NCBI GenBank assembly: GCA_031362565.1
Contig: JANLSU010000056.1
Location: forward strand, 1-64,000
Origin: a bacterium
GTDB taxonomy: Bacteria; Krumholzibacteriota; Krumholzibacteriia; G020349025
DNA length: 64,000 nucleotides
Direction: 5' to 3'
Every line of letters starts with the position of its first letter. Position 1 is the stretch's first letter. The translations under genes were made by a program, and so were the position numbers. The notes under the pieces were generated by a model. It worked only from the letters and a program-made list of their open reading frames with translations, did no database searches and was not told where the DNA came from. Below are positions 22,488 through 31,335 of the stretch, piece after piece.

Positions 22488-23840
22488 TCAGAAGACGTTG
22501 GCGGCGATGTTGGTCGCCGGATCGATCTGCTTCCACGAAATGCGCTCGATCTGTCCGGTCGTCGGGAACGACGGCGGCGGCGTGTCGAGAAGACGCGTGT
22601 CGTGATTGTAGGACTTCTGGTACCCGGACACCGGACCCCTGCTATTGAAGGTGCCCACCGGGCCGCGGCGCTCCTGGATGACACCGCCATACAGCTTGAG
22701 TTTGCCGCGCGGCGAACCCGAGGCGTAGTTCTCGGCCGTGAACGACTCGCCCAGTGCCATGATCGACGCCATGACGGTCTCGTCGCCTGAATCCAGATTC
22801 GCGGCTGTCGCTGCCATGACGACGTTCTTTTCCGAGATCAGTCCCAGGATGTCGGTGGAGGTCGGATCAACGCGCGGATCTGTGTGATACACGACGTCGT
22901 CGACGATTCGCAGGTCGTTCTTGGCCGTGATCGACAACACACCCTTCAAATTGCCCGACACCTCGGCGATACCGTCGACGTAGACGACCCCATTGGCGGG
23001 CAACTCATAGGTCACCGCCGAGCCGCTGTCCTTGGTCACGATGAGCTGCGAGCGTCCGAGCCCGGCGTTGTAACTGATGACGATCTTGGCAGTTGTCATG
23101 CCGGTCAAGTACAGCCCGTCGGTCGCCCGCGACTTCGCCTTCAAAACCGAGAGGTCCGTGGGCAGCGGGATCGCCGGCGCACCCAGGGTCACGCCCTTCT
23201 TGAAATCCGGGACGTCGACCGGTGGGCCACCGGCATTGTAGTCGAGGGTCGCATTGACACTGCTCGCCGCTTCATGAAAAGTCGGCGTGCCGGCGATGTG
23301 AAACTGATCATTGGTGTGCACCGGGCCGTAGAGATTGTCGCCCGTCGCAAACCAGATCTTCGAACCGGTCGACCGGAGCTCGATGTCGGAGAAATACGCA
23401 TAGCGCGAGAAGTTCTGCTGCCCGATGCGCACCGCCACGGCCTTCGCCACCCGCCCATTGTCGTTGACCGCGCGGGCCTGAATCTGTACGTAGCGCGTTG
23501 CGGCGCCGGTATTCGAGTCTTTCGAGTCCAGGTACACGGTCACCTGCCCGTGCTGGCGCGTCGCGCCGTTCAGGAACGCGTAGGGCTGGTCGTGGTTGGT
23601 GCCCGTACCCTTGAAGGGTTCGCCGAGCGTGTTCAGGTACGTGATCGCCTCTTCCACCCCCGACTCGGCCAAGTAGAAGGTCTCCTTGTCCTGGACGTCG
23701 TTCGACGCCAGGGCGGACTCGGTGCGGGCCATGAAGCTCATGCCCGTGGCGATCGCGCCGACGGCCGCCATGATGATGAGAACGACGAGGAGGACGCTGC
23801 CACGCTCGTCACTGTTTTTTGGACTGCCTGCCGACGTCAT
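22488..23840 (-). CDS. pilX: PilX-like type IV minor pilin with a DUF4900-like C-terminal domain, 450 aa
   Basis: ERG|SVLLVVL prepilin helix lacking Glu5 (PilX/GspK hallmark), FYLAESG.E.A, FSRYAYFSD, GPVHTN and GY.K.Y.HD.RL...PP.FP. Last gene of the minor pilin operon. Confidence 0.85.
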   Translation of the reverse strand: MTSAGSPKNSDERGSVLLVVLIIMAAVGAIATGMSFMARTESALASNDVQDKETFYLAESGVEEAITYLNTLGEPFKGTGTNHDQPYAFLNGATRQHGQVTVYLDSKDSNTGAATRYVQIQARAVNDNGRVAKAVAVRIGQQNFSRYAYFSDIELRSTGSKIWFATGDNLYGPVHTNDQFHIAGTPTFHEAASSVNATLDYNAGGPPVDVPDFKKGVTLGAPAIPLPTDLSVLKAKSRATDGLYLTGMTTAKIVISYNAGLGRSQLIVTKDSGSAVTYELPANGVVYVDGIAEVSGNLKGVLSITAKNDLRIVDDVVYHTDPRVDPTSTDILGLISEKNVVMAATAANLDSGDETVMASIMALGESFTAENYASGSPRGKLKLYGGVIQERRGPVGTFNSRGPVSGYQKSYNHDTRLLDTPPPSFPTTGQIERISWKQIDPATNIAANVF

Positions 23841-23857
23841 GGCCGCTGCCTCCTGAT

Positions 23858-26800
23858 TTAGAACTTCTGAAGCTCGAGATCGTCGATGTTCCAGCCGGTG
23901 TAATCGTTCGAGCTGTTGCTATTCAGGTCGAACTCGACCTGCACCTCGTCTTGGCCACCCGCAACGCTCGAGATATCGAGCGTGAACGTGTTCCAGCCGT
24001 TGTCGGTCACGGCGGTACTCGGGTTCTGCCACAGGCGCGTCCAGCCGTTGTTCTTGGATCGCACCCAAATTTCGGCGGTGTCACGGCTGTTGCGCTCGAC
24101 GTTGAGCCAGCGCTTGAACGCCAACTTCACCTGCGACGCGCTCCGGCAGTCGACCTTCGGGGACCGGTACCACATCGCAGAGCTGCGGCTGTAGACGCCG
24201 GTTGTTCCGGTGAGCTTGGTGCCAATCACCTTGGTCCCCGACACCGCGGCCGCCGGGTCGGCAAATCCGAGCGTGGTTCCCCAGAGGCCGGCGGGGGTCG
24301 CCCGCTGCCAGTTGTTGGTGCCACTGGATTTGCCGGTGGTCCAGCCCTGGTCCGACTCGAAGTTGTCCGACCAAATGACCACCACCGACGAGCCGTCGTG
24401 GACCGAGGTCGCCGGGCCGGCGACGTTCGACAGCTTCGACACCAGCGATCCGGCATAGGCACGCGCCGCATAATAGTAGGGCGTGCCGTCCACCGGGGCG
24501 CTGAGGCTGTTGACCAGATCGTCGAGAAACGTGTACGTCGGCAGGCGCAACGCCACCATCGTGCCGACCAGCGTACTGATGGAACCGGGCGTCGTACCGC
24601 GATAGACCTTGTACTGCGTCACCGTATTATCACAACTGCCGTCATGATCCGAGCGGTTGAACACGACGGTGATACTGCGGCCGCCGTCGAGCGGCGTGTC
24701 TACCGAACTCGTCATCTTGGGTGACGTCGGGGTCGCTTCCGCCAACGCTGAACTCTCACTGGTAGGGCTCGAGAGCAGCGTGTAGTAGCTATTGTAACTC
24801 TTGGCTACATAGTAGTACGTCGTGCCGAGTTGCGGCGCGTTCGCACCGGAATGCGTGATGTCGTCGGTGGCGGTATACGACGACTGGCCGTGTGCCGGTA
24901 CCATCGCCAGCTCGTAGTTGTACGACCCGGAAGACGTGCCGCGGTAGATACGATACTCCGTGATGTCGCCGGCCGCGTCGCTGGGCGACGCGTTGAACGA
25001 TACGACAATGGCACCGTTCGGATCGCAAGGGTCGTCTGCAGCGGTGAACGCCACCGGCGGCAGCAGCTGATTTTCAGCGGTGCCCAGGCCGCTCAGAGTG
25101 TTCGAGTCGGTGTGCTCATTGGACGAATCCTCCGACCGCACGTAGTACGTGTACGTGACACCGGGCGTCAGCATGGTATCAGGATAGGTGTACGTCGAAC
25201 GATTCGTCGCTGCCACGACACCGACGTTGGAAAACATCGATTCGTGCTGGCTGCGCCGGAAGATGTAGTAGTTTGCGACCTGGTGCGGCGCCACACAGAC
25301 CTCGGACGGCGAGGCGTCCCAGTCGACTTGCAGCCGCTGGCCAAAGTCCGCCGGCATGTCTTCGATCTGGCGCAGATTGGCCTGCGCCACGCCATCGCTC
25401 ACCTGAACCGGCCCCCACTGATTCGAGTCCACCGACTCGACGTCCCACCGTACGGCGCGCGCCACGTAATAGTAGGCACTGTCGGGGCTCATCGGAATGA
25501 GCGAGTTGGTGATATCGTGCACCGAATAACTGGGCGCATTGGTGGCGGTGATATCCTTGACCCGCACTTTGTAGGCCGTGATGTTCGAGCTGGTGCCACG
25601 ATAGAGGCGATATCCCGTGAAGTGGCTTTGCCCTACGACGTCGTCGGTCGACGCCGTGAAAGACACCGTAATGTCGCCGCCCGTGTCACAAGGCGTGTCG
25701 TTGGCCTGGGTGATCGCCGGCGGCTGCGGGCCGTTCGGCTCCGACATGACGGGGCCCGCGACGTCGGATGGGTTCGATTCCGATGGGCCGCAATCCCAAG
25801 ATGACACGAAGTACTCGTACTGGATACCGTCCACCGGCGCATCTTCGGCGCGTTTCGAATTGCTCTCGTCATTGATGAACGTGTACGACGACGCGTTGGT
25901 CGATTTGACGTTGTAGATCGGTGCGCCGAAGCTCGACTGGCCGACCTTGCGGCGGTAGACCGTGTACTCGGCGACGTCGTTCTCGCCACCCAGATCGTCG
26001 TACGATGCACCGAAGGTCAACGTGATACTGCGTCCACCATCCTCCGGGGTGTCGATCGCCGAGAGGCTGGTCGGCGCCGACGGCGGACTGCCGCACACAT
26101 TCAAGCTGCTGGCATTGAGGCCAACGTTGCGCGGCCGGATGGTGCTGGTGAGAATCGTGCTGTGTTGTTGTTGGTGTGCGCTGGCGCTGTCATGTTCGTC
26201 ATCCGACACCGCTTCAACGCTGACGGTGATCTCGCGGATGTTCTTGAGCTCGGCCTTCGATACCGATGTCAAGGCGGCGATCTCGGTCGACGACAACTTG
26301 CCGTCGCCGTTCGTATCGCCCCATAGCTTGAGCGTGGTCGAACCGGCGAAGAGGCCCCAATACTGGAAGAGCGGCGGCGGATTCGAGCCGTCGGCGCGCG
26401 CCACGGGCCCGCGCAATCCGGACGCAGCCACTTCATCGACGTCGCCATTGACCTCGCGAACCAACTCGAAGTCCTTCGGCGCCGCAGTGCCGGCCATCGA
26501 GTCCGCGAGAGTCACGGCACCGTCATTGTTGGAGTCGAAGCCCAAGCGAACGGTCTCCGCACCGTTGTTGAAGTGCGTCAAGACGTCCAGGTTCTCGTCC
26601 TGGAAGTTGCCGGGCACGTAGTTGGTACCGTCCGAGCGTGGTGCGGTCGACGTCGTCGGCATGGAGCCGTCGCTGTCGACGCCGCTCCGCACGTCACCAC
26701 TGAACATGACCTGATACGGAGCCGCATCGAGCATCGTGTTCTGCTTGTGGAATGTGTCGGTGTTGATGCCGGCCTGGCGCAACTCACGGGTGATGAGATC

Positions 26801-26989
26801 CATGGCTGCACGGGCGTTCTGCTGCGCATCCACTTGCGCATGATTCGACGCCGACGCTCGGTTCTGGGCGCTGAAGACGCCCACGGCTGCGATGGCGGCC
26901 AAACCCGCCACCACCAAGCCGATCATCAATTCCACCAGGGTGAATCCGCTCGATTTCGCGAGCGGGCGCCCGAACTTCACGCCGCCCAT
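23858..26989 (-). CDS. pilW: Giant PilW-like minor pilin with five Fn3-like repeats and a C-terminal beta-sandwich (MAM/adhesin-like) domain, 1043 aa
   Basis: SSG|FTLVELMIG class III signal, QQNARAAMD.I.RELRQAG (PilW-type), five D.P.D.G..I.V.F.AS repeats, and C-terminal WSDNFE...SPKVD...GWNIDDL. GGAGG SD 9 nt before ATG 26989; TTG 27025 is an alternative start. Confidence 0.85.
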   Translation of the reverse strand: MGGVKFGRPLAKSSGFTLVELMIGLVVAGLAAIAAVGVFSAQNRASASNHAQVDAQQNARAAMDLITRELRQAGINTDTFHKQNTMLDAAPYQVMFSGDVRSGVDSDGSMPTTSTAPRSDGTNYVPGNFQDENLDVLTHFNNGAETVRLGFDSNNDGAVTLADSMAGTAAPKDFELVREVNGDVDEVAASGLRGPVARADGSNPPPLFQYWGLFAGSTTLKLWGDTNGDGKLSSTEIAALTSVSKAELKNIREITVSVEAVSDDEHDSASAHQQQHSTILTSTIRPRNVGLNASSLNVCGSPPSAPTSLSAIDTPEDGGRSITLTFGASYDDLGGENDVAEYTVYRRKVGQSSFGAPIYNVKSTNASSYTFINDESNSKRAEDAPVDGIQYEYFVSSWDCGPSESNPSDVAGPVMSEPNGPQPPAITQANDTPCDTGGDITVSFTASTDDVVGQSHFTGYRLYRGTSSNITAYKVRVKDITATNAPSYSVHDITNSLIPMSPDSAYYYVARAVRWDVESVDSNQWGPVQVSDGVAQANLRQIEDMPADFGQRLQVDWDASPSEVCVAPHQVANYYIFRRSQHESMFSNVGVVAATNRSTYTYPDTMLTPGVTYTYYVRSEDSSNEHTDSNTLSGLGTAENQLLPPVAFTAADDPCDPNGAIVVSFNASPSDAAGDITEYRIYRGTSSGSYNYELAMVPAHGQSSYTATDDITHSGANAPQLGTTYYYVAKSYNSYYTLLSSPTSESSALAEATPTSPKMTSSVDTPLDGGRSITVVFNRSDHDGSCDNTVTQYKVYRGTTPGSISTLVGTMVALRLPTYTFLDDLVNSLSAPVDGTPYYYAARAYAGSLVSKLSNVAGPATSVHDGSSVVVIWSDNFESDQGWTTGKSSGTNNWQRATPAGLWGTTLGFADPAAAVSGTKVIGTKLTGTTGVYSRSSAMWYRSPKVDCRSASQVKLAFKRWLNVERNSRDTAEIWVRSKNNGWTRLWQNPSTAVTDNGWNTFTLDISSVAGGQDEVQVEFDLNSNSSNDYTGWNIDDLELQKF

Positions 26990-27021
26990 GTCGTCATGCC
27001 TCCGTCTCCCGGTTACTGCGT

Positions 27022-27456
27022 TCAAAACCGGGCAACCCGTGACCTCAACTCGACGTTGCGTTCACCGTTCAACGCCTTCCATCCAACATTGACCGTGACC
27101 GTCTTCATCGCCACATTGCCCAGGATGTTCAGCGAGTCCTGTACGACGACCGTGCGCTTGAACACCTTGTAGCGTGGGTCACTGCTGTCGACTTGGCCGT
27201 AGGCCTCGTCGGGATAGTTGGCGTGCGTCATCGCCGTAAAATTCGGACCGTAGATGATTTCCTCGAGACGGTCGGATGCCAGGAAGCTCGCGGTGCTCGT
27301 GAGCTTCGACGTCGTGGTGTTGCGCGCCGCGGCGAACTGCACCTGCGTCAGGGCCAGGATGCCGATCGCGAAGAGGCTCATGGCGATCAAGGTCTCGATG
27401 ATCGTGAAGCCGCCATCCGCGGCCTGGCGCACGGTTCGCGTCGTCATCGCGCTCAC
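27022..27456 (-). CDS. pilV: PilV-like type IV minor pilin, 144 aa
   Basis: GG|FTIIETLIAMSLFAIGILAL, A..LA..RLEEI and C-terminal KTVTVNVGW. GTG start overlaps the fimT stop. Confidence 0.85.
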   Translation of the reverse strand: MSAMTTRTVRQAADGGFTIIETLIAMSLFAIGILALTQVQFAAARNTTTSKLTSTASFLASDRLEEIIYGPNFTAMTHANYPDEAYGQVDSSDPRYKVFKRTVVVQDSLNILGNVAMKTVTVNVGWKALNGERNVELRSRVARF

Positions 27457-28052
27457 CGCCCCGCCGGAAGTGACTGCACGGCGCCGGTCGAGGCTGCCAA
27501 CTGCAAAACGCGGGTGCGGCTGGACTTGCCTTTGTTGACATCCGTTTGTGGCGCGATGGCCACAAACCCGCCGTCCTCCGCCGTCCCGTTCGAATGGAAC
27601 AGGACCGTCTTCACGTTGTTCACTTCAGGGAAGGTCACGGCCGCGTTCATCACCGTCTGGGTGAACGGGTTCTTGATGCCGGATACGGTCGCGAACTGCA
27701 TGTCGCGCGGCAGCGCGTATGGCCCGTAGACCTGTTCGCCGTCGTCGGCCGTTTCGTTGTTGCGGTTGGCAGCGACGTAGCCCGCCGCGCCAGGGATCCC
27801 GTTGCCGCCGCCGTCATCGTCCACGACCTGGTAGCTGTTCGCGCTGGTGAATTGGACCAGGTAGTCGTTGCCTTCGAGGATGGCACGGCTGCGCGCCATG
27901 CGCAGATGTGCTCCCAGTTGCTCCGTGCCGCTCGCCGCGTTTTGGGAGCGCATGAAGCCGGAAATGCTGGGCACACTCACTGCCGCCAGGATGCCGATGA
28001 CCACGACACCGACCATCAGCTCTGTCACCGTGTAGCCATCTCTCGATCGCAT
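27453..28052 (-). CDS. fimT: FimT/FimU (GspH-like) type IV minor pilin, 199 aa
   Basis: DG|YTVTELMVGVVVIGILAAVSVP, L..AR..AI, F.SNG and C-terminal STGAV. GGAGG SD before ATG 28052. Confidence 0.85.
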   Translation of the reverse strand: MRSRDGYTVTELMVGVVVIGILAAVSVPSISGFMRSQNAASGTEQLGAHLRMARSRAILEGNDYLVQFTSANSYQVVDDDGGGNGIPGAAGYVAANRNNETADDGEQVYGPYALPRDMQFATVSGIKNPFTQTVMNAAVTFPEVNNVKTVLFHSNGTAEDGGFVAIAPQTDVNKGKSSRTRVLQLAASTGAVQSLPAGR

Positions 28053-28084
28053 GGGATGTCCTCCCGCTTCCTGCGTCTGGATAC

Positions 28085-28100
28085 TGCATTGGCAGTGCCA
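28085..28100 (-). promoter_or_regulatory. Sigma54 (-24/-12) promoter of the minor pilin operon
   Basis: Minus-strand TGGCACTGCCAATGCA, exact GG-N10-GC spacing, about 20 nt upstream of the SD of fimT. Confidence 0.7.
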
Positions 28101-28358
28101 GCCGCCTGCCTGCTGTCGAACCACCGCGTATGTCGAAGCCGCGTAGCCACTTGCGAGAACGGCCGGGCGGCGCGGCGAAATCCGGTTTCGACGGATTCGC
28201 CGTCCACGCCTGGTATGCCTGCAACGTGCATCAGCAAAATCCAAGGCATTCGCGTCCGGGCGAGTACAATCGGCGGGCGACGAAACGACGCGCAACGACG
28301 CGGCGGTCCCGCGAACGCATCGCCGCGTCGGGACGCCTGGAGCCCCACGGAGGCACGC

Positions 28359-29288
28359 ATGCGAAACGCGACGGCCGCGGCAGTTTGTTCGGTGTTCGTT
28401 TTATTGCTGTTCGCGTCCACACGCGCGGAAGAGAAGTCCGCGCCGCCTGCGGCGGCCACCCCGGCGCCGGCAACGCGCGGCAATCATCAGCAACTATTCG
28501 AAGGCTGGCTCGCCAGCGATGCCGCCGTCCTCGCGACCTATCGCGGCGTTGATTCCACTCTCGGAAGCAACTATCACGTGGCGGACATCGAAAAGGTGTG
28601 GAGTGGTTCACCGGCGCTGGGCCGGGTCGTGTTCAAGGCGCCGCGCGGCATCCGCGCCAAACCCGGGGACCGTGCCCTCATGTTGTTGTGGGACCGGCTG
28701 GCGGGCGCCCCCGATTCCTATATCGAGGAATCCAAGGTGAGGTACGGCGACAAACTGTGGCCGACGATCGGACCCGACTCCATCGCTGCCTACCTGTTGC
28801 CATTCGCTGCATACGCGTATCGATTCGAGGGCGCGAAACTGTTCTTGCGTGGCGCCGGCGCATTCCCGGAGGAAATCACCACCGGCGCGCTCGACAAAGA
28901 CTTCGCGAAATGGGAGGCCGAATACCAACCACGGGCCCTCTTCGGCCGCGCCGCGGTGGTGGCGCGAGTCCGAGTGCAGAAGGTGCAGATCCTCAACCGG
29001 ACCGAACACGGCATCATCACGCAGCGTCAGGTCGAAGCAACTTTTCAGCGTCTCGAGAGTCTCAAAGGCGAGGTGCCGGATCCGTTGAAGCTCGCCTTCC
29101 CGTCGTTCCCACGCTCGCCACGTTTTCGGGAAAAAGACGAGGTCATCGTCTTCTTGGCGCAGGGGCCGAGCGGTCTCTATCTCGAATTTGGCAAGCGCGG
29201 CGTGTTCCACGTGGAGCACAACGAGGTCCTGGAGGTGGGCCAGCCGGTGGCCGAATTCGTCAAGGCGCTACGCAGGGCGCCGCACTGA
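28359..29288 (+). CDS. Hypothetical secreted protein with two similar beta-rich (OB/TIMP-like) domains, 309 aa
   Basis: GGAGG SD, signal peptide ending ..STRA, TACAAT at 28265-28270. Two internal units share an A.VV...V....(V/L)E.(W/L)(S/K)G.......(G/K)D....(F/L)L pattern. Confidence 0.75.
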   Translation: MRNATAAAVCSVFVLLLFASTRAEEKSAPPAAATPAPATRGNHQQLFEGWLASDAAVLATYRGVDSTLGSNYHVADIEKVWSGSPALGRVVFKAPRGIRAKPGDRALMLLWDRLAGAPDSYIEESKVRYGDKLWPTIGPDSIAAYLLPFAAYAYRFEGAKLFLRGAGAFPEEITTGALDKDFAKWEAEYQPRALFGRAAVVARVRVQKVQILNRTEHGIITQRQVEATFQRLESLKGEVPDPLKLAFPSFPRSPRFREKDEVIVFLAQGPSGLYLEFGKRGVFHVEHNEVLEVGQPVAEFVKALRRAPH

Positions 29289-29408
29289 GGCTTGGGCACG
29301 CGACGGGCCGGTCACGGCAAAGCCCCGTCGCAGACGGCGCCTGCCCGCACCGCGCCGCCCCGCACGCCCCCGTTCCGCACCGCTTTCTCGAACTCCAGGC
29401 TGCCTGCC

Positions 29409-29437
29409 TTGACCCTCCTGTGCGGAGGCGCTAAGGT
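29409..29437 (+). promoter_or_regulatory. Putative sigma70 promoter of the korAB operon
   Basis: TTGACC (29409-29414), 17-nt spacer, TAAGGT (29432-29437). Confidence 0.6.
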
Positions 29438-29469
29438 TCCCTAGGAGCGCGACTTGCGCCGGGGAGATC

Positions 29470-31335
29470 ATGGAAACCACGACAAATCCGCCGCCGCGTC
29501 CGCGGCGCGTCGAACAACGCACCAGAGTCGTCATCCGGTTCGCGGGCGACTCTGGCGATGGCATGCAGATTACGGGTGATCGTTTCACCGCCACCGCGGC
29601 AGCGATGGGCAACGACCTCAATACGCTGCCGGACTTTCCGGCGGAGATTCGTGCCCCCGCCGGCACCTTGCCCGGCGTCAGCGCGTTTCAGATCAACTTC
29701 AGTAGCGAAGACATTCAGACGCCCGGTGACGAGCCGGATGTTCTCGTCGCCATGAACCCGGCGGCACTGAAGGTCAATCTGAAGGACCTAAAGACCAACG
29801 GCGTACTCATCGTCAACACCGACGCATTCGAAGCGCGCGACCTCGAGAAGGCGAACTACACGAGTAACCCGCTCGAGGATCATACGCTCGAAGCTTACCG
29901 GGTCTTCCCGGTGCCGCTCGAGAAGCTCACCAAAGAGGCGCTCAAGGAAACCAAGCTCTCGTCCAAGGACGTGAGCCGCTGCAAGAACTTCTTCGCATTG
30001 GGCATGATGTACTGGCTGTACAACCGGCCCATGGACAACACGTTCGTCTGGCTGCACGACAAGTTCAAGAACAAGCCGGAGTACGCCGAAGCGAACGAAT
30101 TGGCGCTGCGCGGCGGCTACGCGTACTGCGAAGCGACGGAGCTGTTCCAGGTTTCATACGAGGTCCCGGCCGCCAATCTGGCGCCCGGCAAGTACCGCAA
30201 CATTCACGGCAACAGCGCCATGGCGATCGGCCTGGTGACGGCGGCGCGGAAGGCGAAGATCCCGCTTTTCCTGGGCAGTTATCCCATCACCCCAGCGAGC
30301 GATGTGCTGCACGAGTTGGCGCGCTACAAGCACTACGGCGTCTATACGTTCCAGGCCGAGGACGAGATCGCGGCGGTGGGTGCGGCGATCGGCGCGGCTT
30401 TTGGCGGCAGCTTGGGCGTCAGCACGACGAGCGGGCCGGGGCTGGCGCTCAAGGCGGAGGCCATGGGGCTCGCGGTCATGACTGAATTGCCGCTCGTCGT
30501 CATCGACATTCAGCGCGGCGGGCCGTCGACGGGCTTGCCGACCAAAACGGAACAAGCCGACTTGTTGCAGGCGATGTTCGGGCGCCATTCGGAAGCGCCG
30601 GTGCCGATCCTGGCGGCGCAGTCGCCAGCCGACTGTTTCTACACGGCCTTCGAAGCGGTCCGAATCGCGGTGCAGTACATGATGCCGGTGATCGTACTCT
30701 CCGACGGCTACATCGCCAGCGGCAGCGAGCCGTGGCTGCTGCCGAACATCGAGGACTTGCCGGACATCAGCGTGGCTTTCCGCACCGATCCAGAGAACTT
30801 TCAGCCGTACATGCGCGACCCGGCCCGCTTGGCGCGCCCCTGGGTGCGCCCGGGTACGCCGGGGCTCGAACACCGCATCGGCGGGCTCGAGAAACAGGAC
30901 ATCACCGGCAACATCAGTTATGACGCCGACAACCACGACCACATGGTGCGCTTGCGCGCCGAAAAGGTGGCGCGTATCGCCAACGAGATCCCGTTGGCCG
31001 AGGTGCGCGGCCCCCAGTCGGGCGATTTGCTCGTTCTGGGCTGGGGCAGTACGTACGGTTCGATTTACAGCGCGGTCAGTGATCTCGAACGCGAGGGCGT
31101 CGTCGTGAGCCAGATGCACTTGCGGCACCTGAACCCAATGCCGCGCAACGTCGGCGAAGTGCTGCACCGCTTCAAGAAGGTCCTGGTGCCGGAAATGAAT
31201 CTGGGACAGCTCGCGCTGTTGCTCCGCGCCAAGCACTTGGTGGATATCATCTCGTACACTAAGGTCGAGGGCAAGCCCTTCAAGCGCGCCGAGATCATGA
31301 ACAAGGTCCGCGAGTTGTTGGGGGTAGTAGCATGA
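29470..31335 (+). CDS. korA: 2-oxoacid:acceptor (ferredoxin) oxidoreductase alpha subunit, 621 aa
   Basis: FAGDSGDGMQ, FPAEIRAPAG, YPITPAS, QAEDEIAA, TSGPG, QRGGPSTGLPTK and HRIGGLEK motifs. Confidence 0.95.
   Translation: METTTNPPPRPRRVEQRTRVVIRFAGDSGDGMQITGDRFTATAAAMGNDLNTLPDFPAEIRAPAGTLPGVSAFQINFSSEDIQTPGDEPDVLVAMNPAALKVNLKDLKTNGVLIVNTDAFEARDLEKANYTSNPLEDHTLEAYRVFPVPLEKLTKEALKETKLSSKDVSRCKNFFALGMMYWLYNRPMDNTFVWLHDKFKNKPEYAEANELALRGGYAYCEATELFQVSYEVPAANLAPGKYRNIHGNSAMAIGLVTAARKAKIPLFLGSYPITPASDVLHELARYKHYGVYTFQAEDEIAAVGAAIGAAFGGSLGVSTTSGPGLALKAEAMGLAVMTELPLVVIDIQRGGPSTGLPTKTEQADLLQAMFGRHSEAPVPILAAQSPADCFYTAFEAVRIAVQYMMPVIVLSDGYIASGSEPWLLPNIEDLPDISVAFRTDPENFQPYMRDPARLARPWVRPGTPGLEHRIGGLEKQDITGNISYDADNHDHMVRLRAEKVARIANEIPLAEVRGPQSGDLLVLGWGSTYGSIYSAVSDLEREGVVVSQMHLRHLNPMPRNVGEVLHRFKKVLVPEMNLGQLALLLRAKHLVDIISYTKVEGKPFKRAEIMNKVRELLGVVA

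Noticed and set aside
24400..26090. Repeats inside pilW as a DNA repeat array or CRISPR
   Set aside because: Similarity is at protein level, in frame and degenerate. There are no identical direct repeats with spacers and no cas genes.
27546..28358. N-terminal extension of the 27546-29288 ORF
   Set aside because: Antisense to fimT and its promoter. An SD, ATG and signal peptide define the start at 28359.
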